Origin: Candidatus Hydrogenedentota bacterium
GTDB taxonomy: Bacteria; Hydrogenedentota; Hydrogenedentia; Hydrogenedentales; SLHB01
DNA: 64,000 nucleotides
Assembly (NCBI GenBank): GCA_963674865.2
Contig: CAXXYE010000008.1
Location: 480,001-544,000 of the forward strand
Direction: 5' to 3'
Shown: piece by piece, positions 20,531 to 29,569 of the stretch
Layout of the letters: each line of letters opens with the position of its first letter
Numbering within the stretch: the stretch's first letter is position 1
The notes under the pieces: generated by a model
Database searches by the model: none
The model's input: only the letters and a program-made list of their open reading frames with translations
What the model was told of the DNA's origin: nothing
Translations under genes and position numbers: made by a program

Positions 20531-20730
20531 GACGCAACGCGCAAAGGAGTGCCCCTTGCCGGGCGAACGAGAATGCAGCGGCGCGCTGTGCGAATACGAC
20601 GGCGTGTTTGGATGTAAGCCATTGAACGTGTTGAAGTTCTGTGTATCCGGGGCGTAGACTTTCCCTGCCGTCGGAAAGCGTCGAAGGCCGTAGTGGTTCG
20701 GCCCTGAACCGAATTCGGAGGACAGAAGTC

Positions 20731-21312
20731 ATGCGAATAGGGACCTCCACGCTGCTCCATTTCCTTGCCATTTGCCTGGCCGTGTCGTCGCTCGGCACCT
20801 CGGGCTGCCCGTCCGATCCGGATCCCTCGGGCGATGACGGCGATGTCAGCCAGGCGATCCTCGATATGGAGGAGGAGACGCTGGGTCAGGTGAATCTCGA
20901 GCGGACAAGCCGGGGGCTCGATGCACTAGTGATGCGTACTAACGTGCGCCGCGTCGCCCGCGCACACAGCCAGGACATGGTGGACCGCGGCTTTTTCAGT
21001 CACACGAATCCGGATGGCGACGGGTTGGCCGAGCGCCTGGCAGATGGCGGAGTCACATACAGGACGGCTGGCGAGAACATCGCGTGGAACAACTACGCCG
21101 ACCCCATAACGACGGCGGTCGAAGGTTGGATGGCCAGTTCCGGGCACCGGGCGAATATCCTACGTGAGGAGTTCTCGGATAGCGGTGTTGGGATCGCGAC
21201 GGATGGAAGCGGCACCTACTATTTCACGCAGGTTTTCATAGGTTGGTCGAAGAGCGTTCCCGAGGGCTTCGTCGAAATCTACTGCTATCCGCCTGAGTCG
21301 GCGCCGGAGTGA
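20731..21312 (+). CDS. CAP/SCP-domain exported protein
   Basis: Signal with SGCP; VN.ER, AHSQDM..RGFFSH, GENIA, WMASSGHRANIL, YFTQVF. Confidence 0.9.
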   Translation: MRIGTSTLLHFLAICLAVSSLGTSGCPSDPDPSGDDGDVSQAILDMEEETLGQVNLERTSRGLDALVMRTNVRRVARAHSQDMVDRGFFSHTNPDGDGLAERLADGGVTYRTAGENIAWNNYADPITTAVEGWMASSGHRANILREEFSDSGVGIATDGSGTYYFTQVFIGWSKSVPEGFVEIYCYPPESAPE

Positions 21313-21587
21313 GTGCGGGGCCGAAGAGAGGACTCATCCGTCGCGTAAGGAGACTTTGGGAAACGAAGTCGCTTCCAGGCGCCGAGTGTGCGGCCCCGTC
21401 GAGTCATCGGGCGGCCATGGATGAATAATCCAGGTTGCATCTTCGGAGCCAATTGCGTACAACAATAAGGGTCGCCGGGCCCGGCGCGGGTGCGCATGGA
21501 CGCTTCTTCTGGTAATCCTTTCGTTTTGTGCGTCCACGCTGTACCGGCCGCCCGAGGCCGCAGGGAGTCTGATTTGGAGACAACGCT

Positions 21588-22520
21588 ATGAGCAAACTGA
21601 TGGAACCTGCCGGCACGAGCTACTTCGAGGGCCAGTACCTGCCCACGGAAGAGTGCAAGGTCAGCATCTTGACGCACGCCTTCAACTATGGAACGGGGCT
21701 CTTCGAGGGCATCCGAGGGTATTACTCGAAGGAAGAGGACAACGTCCTTATCTTCCGGCTGAAGGAACACGTAGATCGCTTTGTTCGCAACTTCAATGTG
21801 CTCTGCATGGAGGTCTCGGAGTCTCGTGAGGATATCGAGACAATCTGCGTGGAACTTGTCAAGAAAAGCGGCTTTCGTCAGGGCGTGTATATTCGCCCGC
21901 TCTGCTACAAGAATGAATTGAGCCTGGGGCCCAAAGTCCGGGGCGTCCCGAGCAGCTTCTGCTGCTACGTCATCAAGCTTGGCGATTACTGCGAAATCGA
22001 GGCAGGGCTTGACGTAGCCGTGAGTTCATGGCGGCGGTTGAGCGACAACGCCATTCCGACCCGCGTCAAGTCGACGGGCAGCTATGTCAACTCCGCCCTG
22101 GCCTCGACGGAGGCCGAGCAGGCGGGCTTCGACGAGGCGATCTTCCTGCGGGAGAACGGCACGGTGGCCGAAGGCAGCGCCATGAACGTCTTCATGGTGA
22201 TGGACGGCAAGCTTATCACCACGCCGCGCACCGCCGACATTCTCGTGGGCATTACGCGCAACACGGTGATGGAACTGGCTCAGGAAGAACTGGGAATCGA
22301 GGTCGTTGAACGCCCGATAGCCCGCACCGAACTGTACGTGTGCGATGAAGTGTTCTTCTGCGGCACGGGCGCGCAGGTTGCCCCGGTGCGTTCGGTGGAC
22401 CGCCGGCCGGTGGGCGGCGGCAAACCGGGCCCGATCTCGAAGAAATTGCAGGAAGTCTACTTCAACGTCGTCCAAGGGAAGGTCGAGAAGTACCGTCACT
22501 GGTGCACACCCGCGTATTGA
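21588..22520 (+). CDS. ilvE: Branched-chain amino acid aminotransferase (PLP class IV)
   Basis: HAFNYGTGLFEGIRGY, YIRP, K.TGSYVNS, EGSAMNVF, ILVGITR, EVFFCGTGAQV. Confidence 0.88.
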   Translation: MSKLMEPAGTSYFEGQYLPTEECKVSILTHAFNYGTGLFEGIRGYYSKEEDNVLIFRLKEHVDRFVRNFNVLCMEVSESREDIETICVELVKKSGFRQGVYIRPLCYKNELSLGPKVRGVPSSFCCYVIKLGDYCEIEAGLDVAVSSWRRLSDNAIPTRVKSTGSYVNSALASTEAEQAGFDEAIFLRENGTVAEGSAMNVFMVMDGKLITTPRTADILVGITRNTVMELAQEELGIEVVERPIARTELYVCDEVFFCGTGAQVAPVRSVDRRPVGGGKPGPISKKLQEVYFNVVQGKVEKYRHWCTPAY

Positions 22521-22577
22521 TGGAGCTACGGCGCGAGGCGGCCATGGGTCGCCCCGCCAAGACGCGGTAAGGAGAAC

Positions 22578-23195
22578 ATGGCCGAACTCCGCAGCTATAT
22601 CGTGCTCGACAGCCTTCAGGAGCAGCTTGCCTCCTTCATGGCCTCGACGGTGCAGGGCTATATGCCCGTGGCGGGGATGGCGTCGTTGTTTGTTGAAGTA
22701 GCGCCGGGCATGGAGATTGTGCGGCTGCTGGACATCGCCGTGAAGGCGACGAAGGTGCGCCCCTCGATTCAGGTGGTGGAGCGGAGCTTCGGCACGTTTG
22801 AGGTGCATTCCGAGTCGCAGGCCGACGTGCGCCAGGCCGGCGCGGCCGTGCTGGAGGCGATGGGGGCGAGCGAGTCGGAGCGGCAGAAGCCGCGGATCGC
22901 ATCGAGCACCGTTATCCGGCACGTCGACCCCTACCACGCCGCGCTTGTCAACAAGAATCGACACGGGTCGATGTTGCTTGCCGGGCAGACGCTCTTCATT
23001 ATGGAGACGCAGCCCGCCGCATACGCTATCCTTGCGGCGAACGAGGCCGAAAAGGCCAGTCGTGTTACGCTGGTGGATATCCGGCCTTTCGGCAATTTCG
23101 GCCGCCTGTATCTTTGTGGTGAGGAGGCGGACGTGGTGGTGGGCAGCGAGGCGGCTTTGCGGTCGCTGGAGCATATGTCGGGTCGCGAAGTCTAG
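22578..23195 (+). CDS. BMC shell trimer, BMC-T(dp) (CcmP/CsoS1D-like, double-stacking)
   Basis: ELRSYIVLDSLQEQLA, VEVAPG, VVERSFG, ETQPAAYA.LAANEAEKA, FG.FGRL. Confidence 0.9.
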   Translation: MAELRSYIVLDSLQEQLASFMASTVQGYMPVAGMASLFVEVAPGMEIVRLLDIAVKATKVRPSIQVVERSFGTFEVHSESQADVRQAGAAVLEAMGASESERQKPRIASSTVIRHVDPYHAALVNKNRHGSMLLAGQTLFIMETQPAAYAILAANEAEKASRVTLVDIRPFGNFGRLYLCGEEADVVVGSEAALRSLEHMSGREV

Positions 23196-23269
23196 CGTGT
23201 GTTCGGCTACGAATCCGCGAGGGCAGGTACTGAGAGAAGAAGGCCGGTTCCTCTGGCAGCAGGGAGAGA

Positions 23270-23581
23270 ATGACAATGGCAGAAGCGCTTGGAATGGTGG
23301 AATGCAAGGGGTTCGCCGCCATGGTGGAGGCGGCGGACGCGATGGTCAAGGCGGCCAAGGTCGAACTCGTCGGCTACGAAAAGATCGGCGGGGGCTATGT
23401 GACGGCCATTGTCCGCGGTGACGTGGCCGCGGTGAAGGCCGCGTGCGAGGCCGGCGAGCGAGGCGCGCGTGCCGTGGGCGAGGTGGTGTCCGTGCACATC
23501 ATCCCGCGTCCGCACACGAATGTGGACACCGCGCTTCCCTTGGGCCGGAGCGAGGAAGCGGCCAAGGAAGCCGGCAAGTAG
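23270..23581 (+). CDS. BMC shell hexamer, BMC-H (PduA/EutM/CcmK-like)
   Basis: ALGMVECKG...[10 protein letters not shown]...KIGGG...[10 protein letters not shown]...HIIPRPH. Confidence 0.96.
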   Translation: MTMAEALGMVECKGFAAMVEAADAMVKAAKVELVGYEKIGGGYVTAIVRGDVAAVKAACEAGERGARAVGEVVSVHIIPRPHTNVDTALPLGRSEEAAKEAGK

Positions 23582-23652
23582 TTCAGTCACGGAAGTCTAT
23601 CGGCAGTATAGACGGGCCCGCGGGCTCGTGCCTTGTTGGAGAGCAGTACATA

Positions 23653-24237
23653 ATGACAGTTGAAATTCAGGAGGTCGGGAGCGACTGGCTTGCCCGCTAC
23701 GCGGAGATACCGATTGCGTTTACGGTGGAGAGCATGCTGCACGTTCGGATGAACGGAAATCCCTTGGCCGGATTCGTGCTCGAGGAGGAGCGGGTAGAGC
23801 AGCCTTACGTCAAAGACTACGATGAGTATGAGCGCGAGCACCCGACCTACTGGCCCATGCGCTTCGATTTGTCGAACTGGGGCATCTTTCTGGCCCGGGA
23901 GGGCGAAGAAGACGTAGGCGGCGCGGTGGTCGCGTACGACACCCCCGGGGTGATGATGTTGAAAGAGCGGAAGAACCTTGCGGTGCTGTGGGACATCCGC
24001 GTCCGGTCCGATCGGCGAGGGTCGGGCGTGGGCGCGCGTCTGTTTCACTACGCGGCGGATTGGGCGCGGCACCGGGGATGCATCCGGCTCAAAGCCGAAA
24101 CGCAGAACGTGAACGTAGGGGCGTGCCGGTTCTACGCAAAACAGGGCTGTACGTTGGGCGCTATTGATCGATACGCCTACGCGAATCACCCGGCGATAGA
24201 AGATGAATTCATGCTGTTGTGGGCGCTCGAATTGTAG
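23653..24237 (+). CDS. GNAT-family acetyltransferase (streptothricin-acetyltransferase-like)
   Basis: LWDIRV...RRGSGVG (acetyl-CoA motif A), ETQNVNVGACRFY; ATG 23653 with GGAG RBS. Confidence 0.88.
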   Translation: MTVEIQEVGSDWLARYAEIPIAFTVESMLHVRMNGNPLAGFVLEEERVEQPYVKDYDEYEREHPTYWPMRFDLSNWGIFLAREGEEDVGGAVVAYDTPGVMMLKERKNLAVLWDIRVRSDRRGSGVGARLFHYAADWARHRGCIRLKAETQNVNVGACRFYAKQGCTLGAIDRYAYANHPAIEDEFMLLWALEL

Positions 24238-24279
24238 AGCGCCCCGGCTCGCCTTAGTTCGCCGGACGGGAGGACAGGG

Positions 24280-24573
24280 ATGCAGTTAGGGCGAGTAGCG
24301 GGATCGGTGGTCTCAACCGCCAAGGAAGCCACGCTCGAGGGGCGGAAGTTCCTCGTGGTGAACACGCTCGATCTGGAGGCCCGGGAAACCGGCGCCTACG
24401 TGGTGGCGGTAGACGCGGTCGGCGCGGGCGTGGGGGACGTCGTATTGGTGGCCACGGGGAGTTCGGCGCGCCAAACTACGGCCACGAAGGACCGCCCTAG
24501 CGATGCCGTGATCATGGCCATTGTGGATTCATGGGACGTGGGCGGCGTGGTCAAGTGGCGAAAGACTGACTGA
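24280..24573 (+). CDS. BMC vertex pentamer, BMC-P (EutN/CcmL)
   Basis: MQLGRVAGSVVSTAK...VAVDAVGAGVGD.VL...GSSAR...DAVIMAIVD. Confidence 0.95.
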   Translation: MQLGRVAGSVVSTAKEATLEGRKFLVVNTLDLEARETGAYVVAVDAVGAGVGDVVLVATGSSARQTTATKDRPSDAVIMAIVDSWDVGGVVKWRKTD

Positions 24574-25961
24574 TGGGGGCGGCTGGACGCGATATTGAAG
24601 CGGTTGTCCGGGAGGTAGTCCGGCGTTTGTCGGAGGAGACGGGCGAAGCAAGCGACGCCTCTGTGGCGCAAGCCGTTGCCGACGCGCACGCGGCATTTGA
24701 GCAACTCAACGAAATGGGCCTTGAGCGCCGTTATGCCTTGGTTGATGCAATGCGCGCGGCGGCCAAGGCCGGCGTGAAGGAGTTCGCCACGGCTGCTGTG
24801 GCCGAGACGGGCTACGGGCGGGCCGAAGACAAGATCAAGAAGAACCTCCTCGCGGCCTTGAAGACGCCCGGGCCGGAAATCCTCGAATCCAAGACGCGAA
24901 GCGGCGATCACGGCCTTACCCTTATGGAGCGCGCGCCCCACGGTGTAATCGCCTCGATCATTCCTTCCACAAATCCGACGGCGACAGTTATCAACAACGC
25001 CATTTCCATGGTGAGCGGCGGGAACGCCGTGGTTTTCAACGCGCATCCCGGGGCGCGGAAGTGCTCGAACGCGTGTATCGAGGCGATGAACGCAGCCAGC
25101 GTGGCCGCAGGCGGCCCGGCGCATTTGGTGACATACGTGCCCCGCCCGAGCGTCGAGACAGCGAAGGCATTGATGAAGCATCCAGGCATTGCGCTGGTGT
25201 GCGTCACCGGCGGCCCGGGTGTTGTCCGTGTCGCCATGGCTTCCGGAAAGAAGGTGGTGGCCGCGGGGCCGGGCAATCCGCCGACGGTTGTGGACGAGAC
25301 GGCGGATCTGCCGAAGGCCGCGCGGGACATCGTCGACGGCGCGTCTTTTGACAACAACATCATCTGCACCGACGAAAAGGTCGTGGTCGCGGTGTCCTCC
25401 GTGGCGGATGAACTGAAGCGGCTTATGTGCGCCCATGGGGCGTTTGAGGTCAAAGGGCAGGATATCGAGCGTCTTTGTGCCTTTATCTTTAAGTCGCGTG
25501 ACGGGCGCGAGGGCATCATCAATCCGGAATGCGTCGGTAAGGATGCTGCCTGCATCTTGTCCAAGGTGGATATCGAGGCGCCCGGCGCAACGCGGCTCGC
25601 GCTCTGCGAGGTGGAGCCTAAGCATCCGCTGGCGTGGACGGAGCAACTGATGCCCGTGCTGCCCCTTGTACGTGTCGGGCATGTCGACGAGGCCATTGAC
25701 CTCGCGATTCGGTACGAGGGCGGCCGGCGGCATACGGCCGGCATGCACTCGAAGAATATCGAGAAGTTGAGCATAATGGCCCGGCGCGTCAATTGCTCGA
25801 TCTTTGTCAAGAACGGCCCCCACTACGCCGGACTCGGCATGGGCGGCGAAGGCCATACATCGTTCACCATAGCTAGTCCCACCGGCGAAGGACTTACCAC
25901 TGCCCTCGACTTCACTCGCGAGCGGCGGTGCACGCTCGTTGACTACTTCAGGATTGTCTAG
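24573..25961 (+). CDS. CoA-acylating aldehyde dehydrogenase (EutE/PduP-like) with N-terminal encapsulation peptide
   Basis: PSTNPT, VTGGPGVV, AGPGNPP.VVD, FDNNIICTDEK (catalytic Cys), GMGGEG.TSFTIASPTGEG; N-terminal DIEAVVREVVRRL. Confidence 0.94.
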   Translation: MGAAGRDIEAVVREVVRRLSEETGEASDASVAQAVADAHAAFEQLNEMGLERRYALVDAMRAAAKAGVKEFATAAVAETGYGRAEDKIKKNLLAALKTPGPEILESKTRSGDHGLTLMERAPHGVIASIIPSTNPTATVINNAISMVSGGNAVVFNAHPGARKCSNACIEAMNAASVAAGGPAHLVTYVPRPSVETAKALMKHPGIALVCVTGGPGVVRVAMASGKKVVAAGPGNPPTVVDETADLPKAARDIVDGASFDNNIICTDEKVVVAVSSVADELKRLMCAHGAFEVKGQDIERLCAFIFKSRDGREGIINPECVGKDAACILSKVDIEAPGATRLALCEVEPKHPLAWTEQLMPVLPLVRVGHVDEAIDLAIRYEGGRRHTAGMHSKNIEKLSIMARRVNCSIFVKNGPHYAGLGMGGEGHTSFTIASPTGEGLTTALDFTRERRCTLVDYFRIV

Positions 25962-25989
25962 CGTCCGTTCGGAGCGATAGGGAGAGAAG

Positions 25990-26571
25990 ATGTCTGTTCT
26001 CGGGATGGTGGAATTCACGGCGATTGCGCGGGGCATCCAGGCCAGCGACGCCATGGTGAAAGCGGCCCCCGTGGAGTTGCTCGAGTCCCATCCCATCGAT
26101 CCGGGGAAGTACCTAGCCGTGATCACGGGCGATGTAGCCTCCGTCGAGGCGTCCGTCCAGGCCGGTGTTTTGAGCGCCGGGGCGGACGGTGTTATCTACT
26201 CCTTCGTTCTGGCGAACCTTCATGAGCAGATTCTCCCGGCGTTGCGTGGACAAGCGCCCGTGCCGGCGCGCGCGGCCGTCGGGGTGATCGAGACGGCGTC
26301 AGCGGCGTCCATTGTGGAGGCGGCCGATGCGGCCTGCAAGGCGGCGCCCGTCCGTCTGGTTAAACTCCACCTTGCGCTGCGGATTGGCGGCAAAGGGTAC
26401 GTGACGTTTGTCGGCGAGGTGGCGGATGTCGAGGCTGGTGTTGACGCCGGCGCGCGTGCGGCTGGGGACAAACTTCTCGAGCAGGTAGTCATCCCAAATC
26501 CCTACGAGGAGATCTTCGAGCATCTGGTGTCTGACGACGCCGGATGGCAGTGCGGGGGCGTTAGACCATGA
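25990..26571 (+). CDS. BMC shell trimer, PduT-like BMC-T(s)
   Basis: LGMVEF..IARG...SDAMVKAA.V, PGKY...TGDVASV, second domain AADAACKAA...IGGKGY. Confidence 0.9.
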   Translation: MSVLGMVEFTAIARGIQASDAMVKAAPVELLESHPIDPGKYLAVITGDVASVEASVQAGVLSAGADGVIYSFVLANLHEQILPALRGQAPVPARAAVGVIETASAASIVEAADAACKAAPVRLVKLHLALRIGGKGYVTFVGEVADVEAGVDAGARAAGDKLLEQVVIPNPYEEIFEHLVSDDAGWQCGGVRP

Positions 26572-26831
26572 TTCCGGGCAAAGTATTAGGCCGGGTCGTT
26601 GCCAACCAGACGCTGGATGCTTTCCGGGGCGTGCGGTTTCTGATCGTGCAGCCCGTTGATGAAAAGATGGCGCCGGCGGGACGCGCGGTCGTGGCCTGCG
26701 ACGGCATCGGCGCGAACCTGGGCGAGCATGTCTTCATGGCGCAAGGGCGGGAAGCGACGATTCCGTTGCCCGAGCCGTTCAATCCGAGCGATATGACGAT
26801 CATCGCCATCATCGACGAGGTTACCTCATGA
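26568..26831 (+). CDS. BMC vertex pentamer, BMC-P (EutN/CcmL)
   Basis: GKVLGRVVA, VACDGIGA..GEHVF..QGREA, DMTIIAIID. Confidence 0.92.
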   Translation: MIPGKVLGRVVANQTLDAFRGVRFLIVQPVDEKMAPAGRAVVACDGIGANLGEHVFMAQGREATIPLPEPFNPSDMTIIAIIDEVTS

Positions 26832-27097
26832 GATTGGCCCGTGTGGCGGCCCATGTTGTGGCGACGCAGAAACACCCGTTCTACAAGGGTTTGAAGACTT
26901 TTATGGTGAAGCCTTTGGGTCTGGACGGCGCCCCGGGGCCGGAGACCTTTGTGGCGATTGACCGCGTTCAGGCGGGTATCGGCGACACGGTTCTGCTGAT
27001 GCAGGAGGGCAGCTCGGCGCGGTCTATGTTCGACGATGAATCGGCGCCGGCGCGGAGCGTCATTGTGGGGATTGTGGATCACGTGGAGATTGGATAA
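26828..27097 (+). CDS. BMC vertex pentamer, BMC-P (EutN/CcmL)
   Basis: MRLARV...VVATQKH, VAIDRVQAGIGDTVL..QEGSSAR, IVGIVD. Confidence 0.93.
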   Translation: MRLARVAAHVVATQKHPFYKGLKTFMVKPLGLDGAPGPETFVAIDRVQAGIGDTVLLMQEGSSARSMFDDESAPARSVIVGIVDHVEIG

Positions 27098-27861
27098 TGC
27101 CAAGCGAACTCGAACTCCGGAAGGCGATCTGCGAGGTGGGGCGGCGGATGTCCGCTCGCAACCTCGTGGCTGCCACGGACGGGAATATCAGTACTAAACT
27201 AGGTCCTGACAGGTACTTATGTACGCCGAGCGGCGTATCGAAGGGGTACATGAGGCCGAATGATATTCTCATCGCCGATGGCCGTGGCGATAAGTTGGCC
27301 GGGGATGGGCGCGTGACAAGCGAGTTCTTCACGCATTTGGCGGCTTTCGAGGAGCGTCCGGACATCAATGCGGTGGTGCACGCCCACCCGCCGAAGGCCA
27401 TCGGATTCACGCTGGCGGGTATTTCGATGGCTAAGTGCGTGCTGCCGGAGGTGGTCATGGCCTTGGGCGGAATCCCGACGGCCGCCTACGCCACGCCGGG
27501 GAGCAATGAGGGTGGTCAGGTGATTCGCGAACCCATCCGGCAGTGCGACGCGGTTCTTATCGCCCGCCACGGGGCCGTTACCGTGGGCGTGGACGTCTTT
27601 GACGCCTACTTCAAGATGGAGAAGATCGAACACGCCGCGGAAACGCTGTTCGTGGCCCATGTGCTTGGCCAGATTCCTACCCTTTCGGAAGAGGAAGTCG
27701 AGAAGATCAACGAGTCGCGCCAACGCTACGGCGTCGCCGGCAGGGCCTATCCGTGCTCGGGGGAGGAGGGCTCATGTGGGGTCGGCGACGGTGGCCAGGA
27801 GCAGGCGGCCGACCTGGATAGGGTGGTCGAGGAAACGCTCAAACTCCTTGGGCGTGAGTAG
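27097..27861 (+). CDS. Class II aldolase (fuculose/rhamnulose-1-phosphate aldolase-like) with C-terminal encapsulation peptide
   Basis: ATDGNIS, TPSGVSKG, TSEFFTH, VVHAHP, ARHGAV Zn-ligand motifs; C-terminal DLDRVVEETLKLL. Confidence 0.92.
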   Translation: MPSELELRKAICEVGRRMSARNLVAATDGNISTKLGPDRYLCTPSGVSKGYMRPNDILIADGRGDKLAGDGRVTSEFFTHLAAFEERPDINAVVHAHPPKAIGFTLAGISMAKCVLPEVVMALGGIPTAAYATPGSNEGGQVIREPIRQCDAVLIARHGAVTVGVDVFDAYFKMEKIEHAAETLFVAHVLGQIPTLSEEEVEKINESRQRYGVAGRAYPCSGEEGSCGVGDGGQEQAADLDRVVEETLKLLGRE

Positions 27862-28157
27862 CGGCGTCTGCACGGACACCCTTCCCAAGACATCCCTTCC
27901 GCAGCCCCGCCAGTGATGTCAATCGGCGAGGTACTCAGACCGTAATTGGCCTCCGGAAGCGCGGCGGCAACAGGCTGTGAACGACCTGCGGCAACGGCCT
28001 GTTGCATCCAAGTGTGTTGCAAATATGTCGCCCCTGCGCTACGATAGAGGTGTGGTTTGAGTGTCCCAGAGGGGAGCCTGGAGACTCTAGGAAGTCCCGG
28101 CCGGGCAACGGTGGGGTTTGAGTAAACGAGGGGGACAGGTGGGGACAGGAGGTCGTT

Positions 28158-29252
28158 TTGGCGGATCGAGGTGAAGAGCAAGCCAATGACAAGATGCGTC
28201 TGTGCCCGACGTGCCGGATGGCGATCAGCGTTCTGGCCACAAAGTGCCGGCACTGCGGGGAGAATGTCGGGCGGCCCAGGGACGAAGCGCGGCAACTGTC
28301 AGTCGACGACCTGGGTGGGGATGTCCAAGATCAATACGTTCCATCGGGCAGCGTGATCGATGCCCTCGAGGCGTATCGGGCCGAGGAATTCTCGCCGTCG
28401 GCATCCGAGAAAGACTCGAAACACAAGGGCGCACGCCACGGAGAGGGGCGAGGGAGAGGGCAATTCGAGGAAAGCGGAGGGGAGGAGGACGGAATCGACG
28501 TCAGCGGCCTCCCGGGACTTGACCAGCGCGACGATCCGCTGGCCTCGCTGTTTGTGCCGGTGCATCCCAAACAACCGGCCAAGCCCGCAGCGCCTTCATG
28601 GCGCAAGAATGTGTTGATGCTCGGATACTTCATGGCCGCGGTCATCGTACTCTACTTCGGTGGAGGGTTCGCAACGGCCAAGATACGAGATTACATTGCA
28701 GCGAAGAACGCGCCGCCAGTTACGTACATCGAGAACAAGGCGTTGACATATCTGGAGCGAGGCGAATTGATCCCGGCGCTCCAGGAGGCCCTTCAGGCGC
28801 TGTCGGAACACGACACCGACGAAAACCGGAGGATCGTGAATCAGGCCAGGCGGGAAATCGCGTGGCAAGTCGCGGATTACCTGGACGCCGACCCGTGGAC
28901 GCGGGACTTCCTCATGAAGGCATCACAGCTTGCCAACCAGGCGTATCAGATCGACTCAAGCGAACTAATTGCCAAGGTTCGCGAAGAGGTCGAGCAGGAG
29001 AACAAGGACTACGGGATGACCCTCACGGACACGGATGCCGCTTCGAGGGCCGCCGTTCTCCAGCTCTATAACGGCAAGACCATCACGGTGATGGAAGACA
29101 AGAAGACGCTGGTAAACGGGCGGTTTCTTGTCAAGAGGGTCGCCACCGACGAGGTATGGCTCGAAGACACGATGCGGCAACGCGAGGAGAAATACGGCCG
29201 GAACCGCATCGTCATCTTTCCCAAACGCGGCCTGCCTCGCGGCCACTCCTAG
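28158..29252 (+). CDS. Hypothetical membrane protein with N-terminal zinc ribbon
   Basis: CPTC...CRHCG, low-complexity linker, one TM helix, helical C-terminal part. Confidence 0.7.
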   Translation: MADRGEEQANDKMRLCPTCRMAISVLATKCRHCGENVGRPRDEARQLSVDDLGGDVQDQYVPSGSVIDALEAYRAEEFSPSASEKDSKHKGARHGEGRGRGQFEESGGEEDGIDVSGLPGLDQRDDPLASLFVPVHPKQPAKPAAPSWRKNVLMLGYFMAAVIVLYFGGGFATAKIRDYIAAKNAPPVTYIENKALTYLERGELIPALQEALQALSEHDTDENRRIVNQARREIAWQVADYLDADPWTRDFLMKASQLANQAYQIDSSELIAKVREEVEQENKDYGMTLTDTDAASRAAVLQLYNGKTITVMEDKKTLVNGRFLVKRVATDEVWLEDTMRQREEKYGRNRIVIFPKRGLPRGHS

Positions 29253-29569
29253 GCGCCCGTACTTGAAGCGCTATCGAGGGTGTGTTGTGCCGCATTCGTG
29301 CGTTGTTCTTCCCGCTCTAAGATCTTCGCGGTGAACGCGTTGGCGATGCGAAAAGACTTACCAAGGGGCCGGGGAGAGCTGGGGGGCAGGGCCATTTCCC
29401 GGTGTCTTGTCTTTTGCGCTGTGCGTCTGCTCGGATAAGGAGTTCTTACGCCCGGTGCTTCCCACAGAGATTTATGCTATCATGCGCCTCGGTCAGCTAC
29501 GTTAGTACATAGGGAGACGGTCTTGTCGCAGAAGTGCCCCGGCGGGCCGCGAAAAAGGGTTGTGCGTGA

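Noticed and set aside
23443..23652. N-terminal extension of the GNAT ORF overlapping BMC-H (possible fusion or frameshift product)
   Set aside because: BMC-H has a normal stop and the GNAT has its own RBS and ATG at 23653; the extension is low-complexity off-frame sequence.
27862..28157. 300-bp intergenic region after the BMC operon with short GCGGCAAC repeats as a possible ncRNA
   Set aside because: No recognisable RNA family motif or convincing extended structure by eye.
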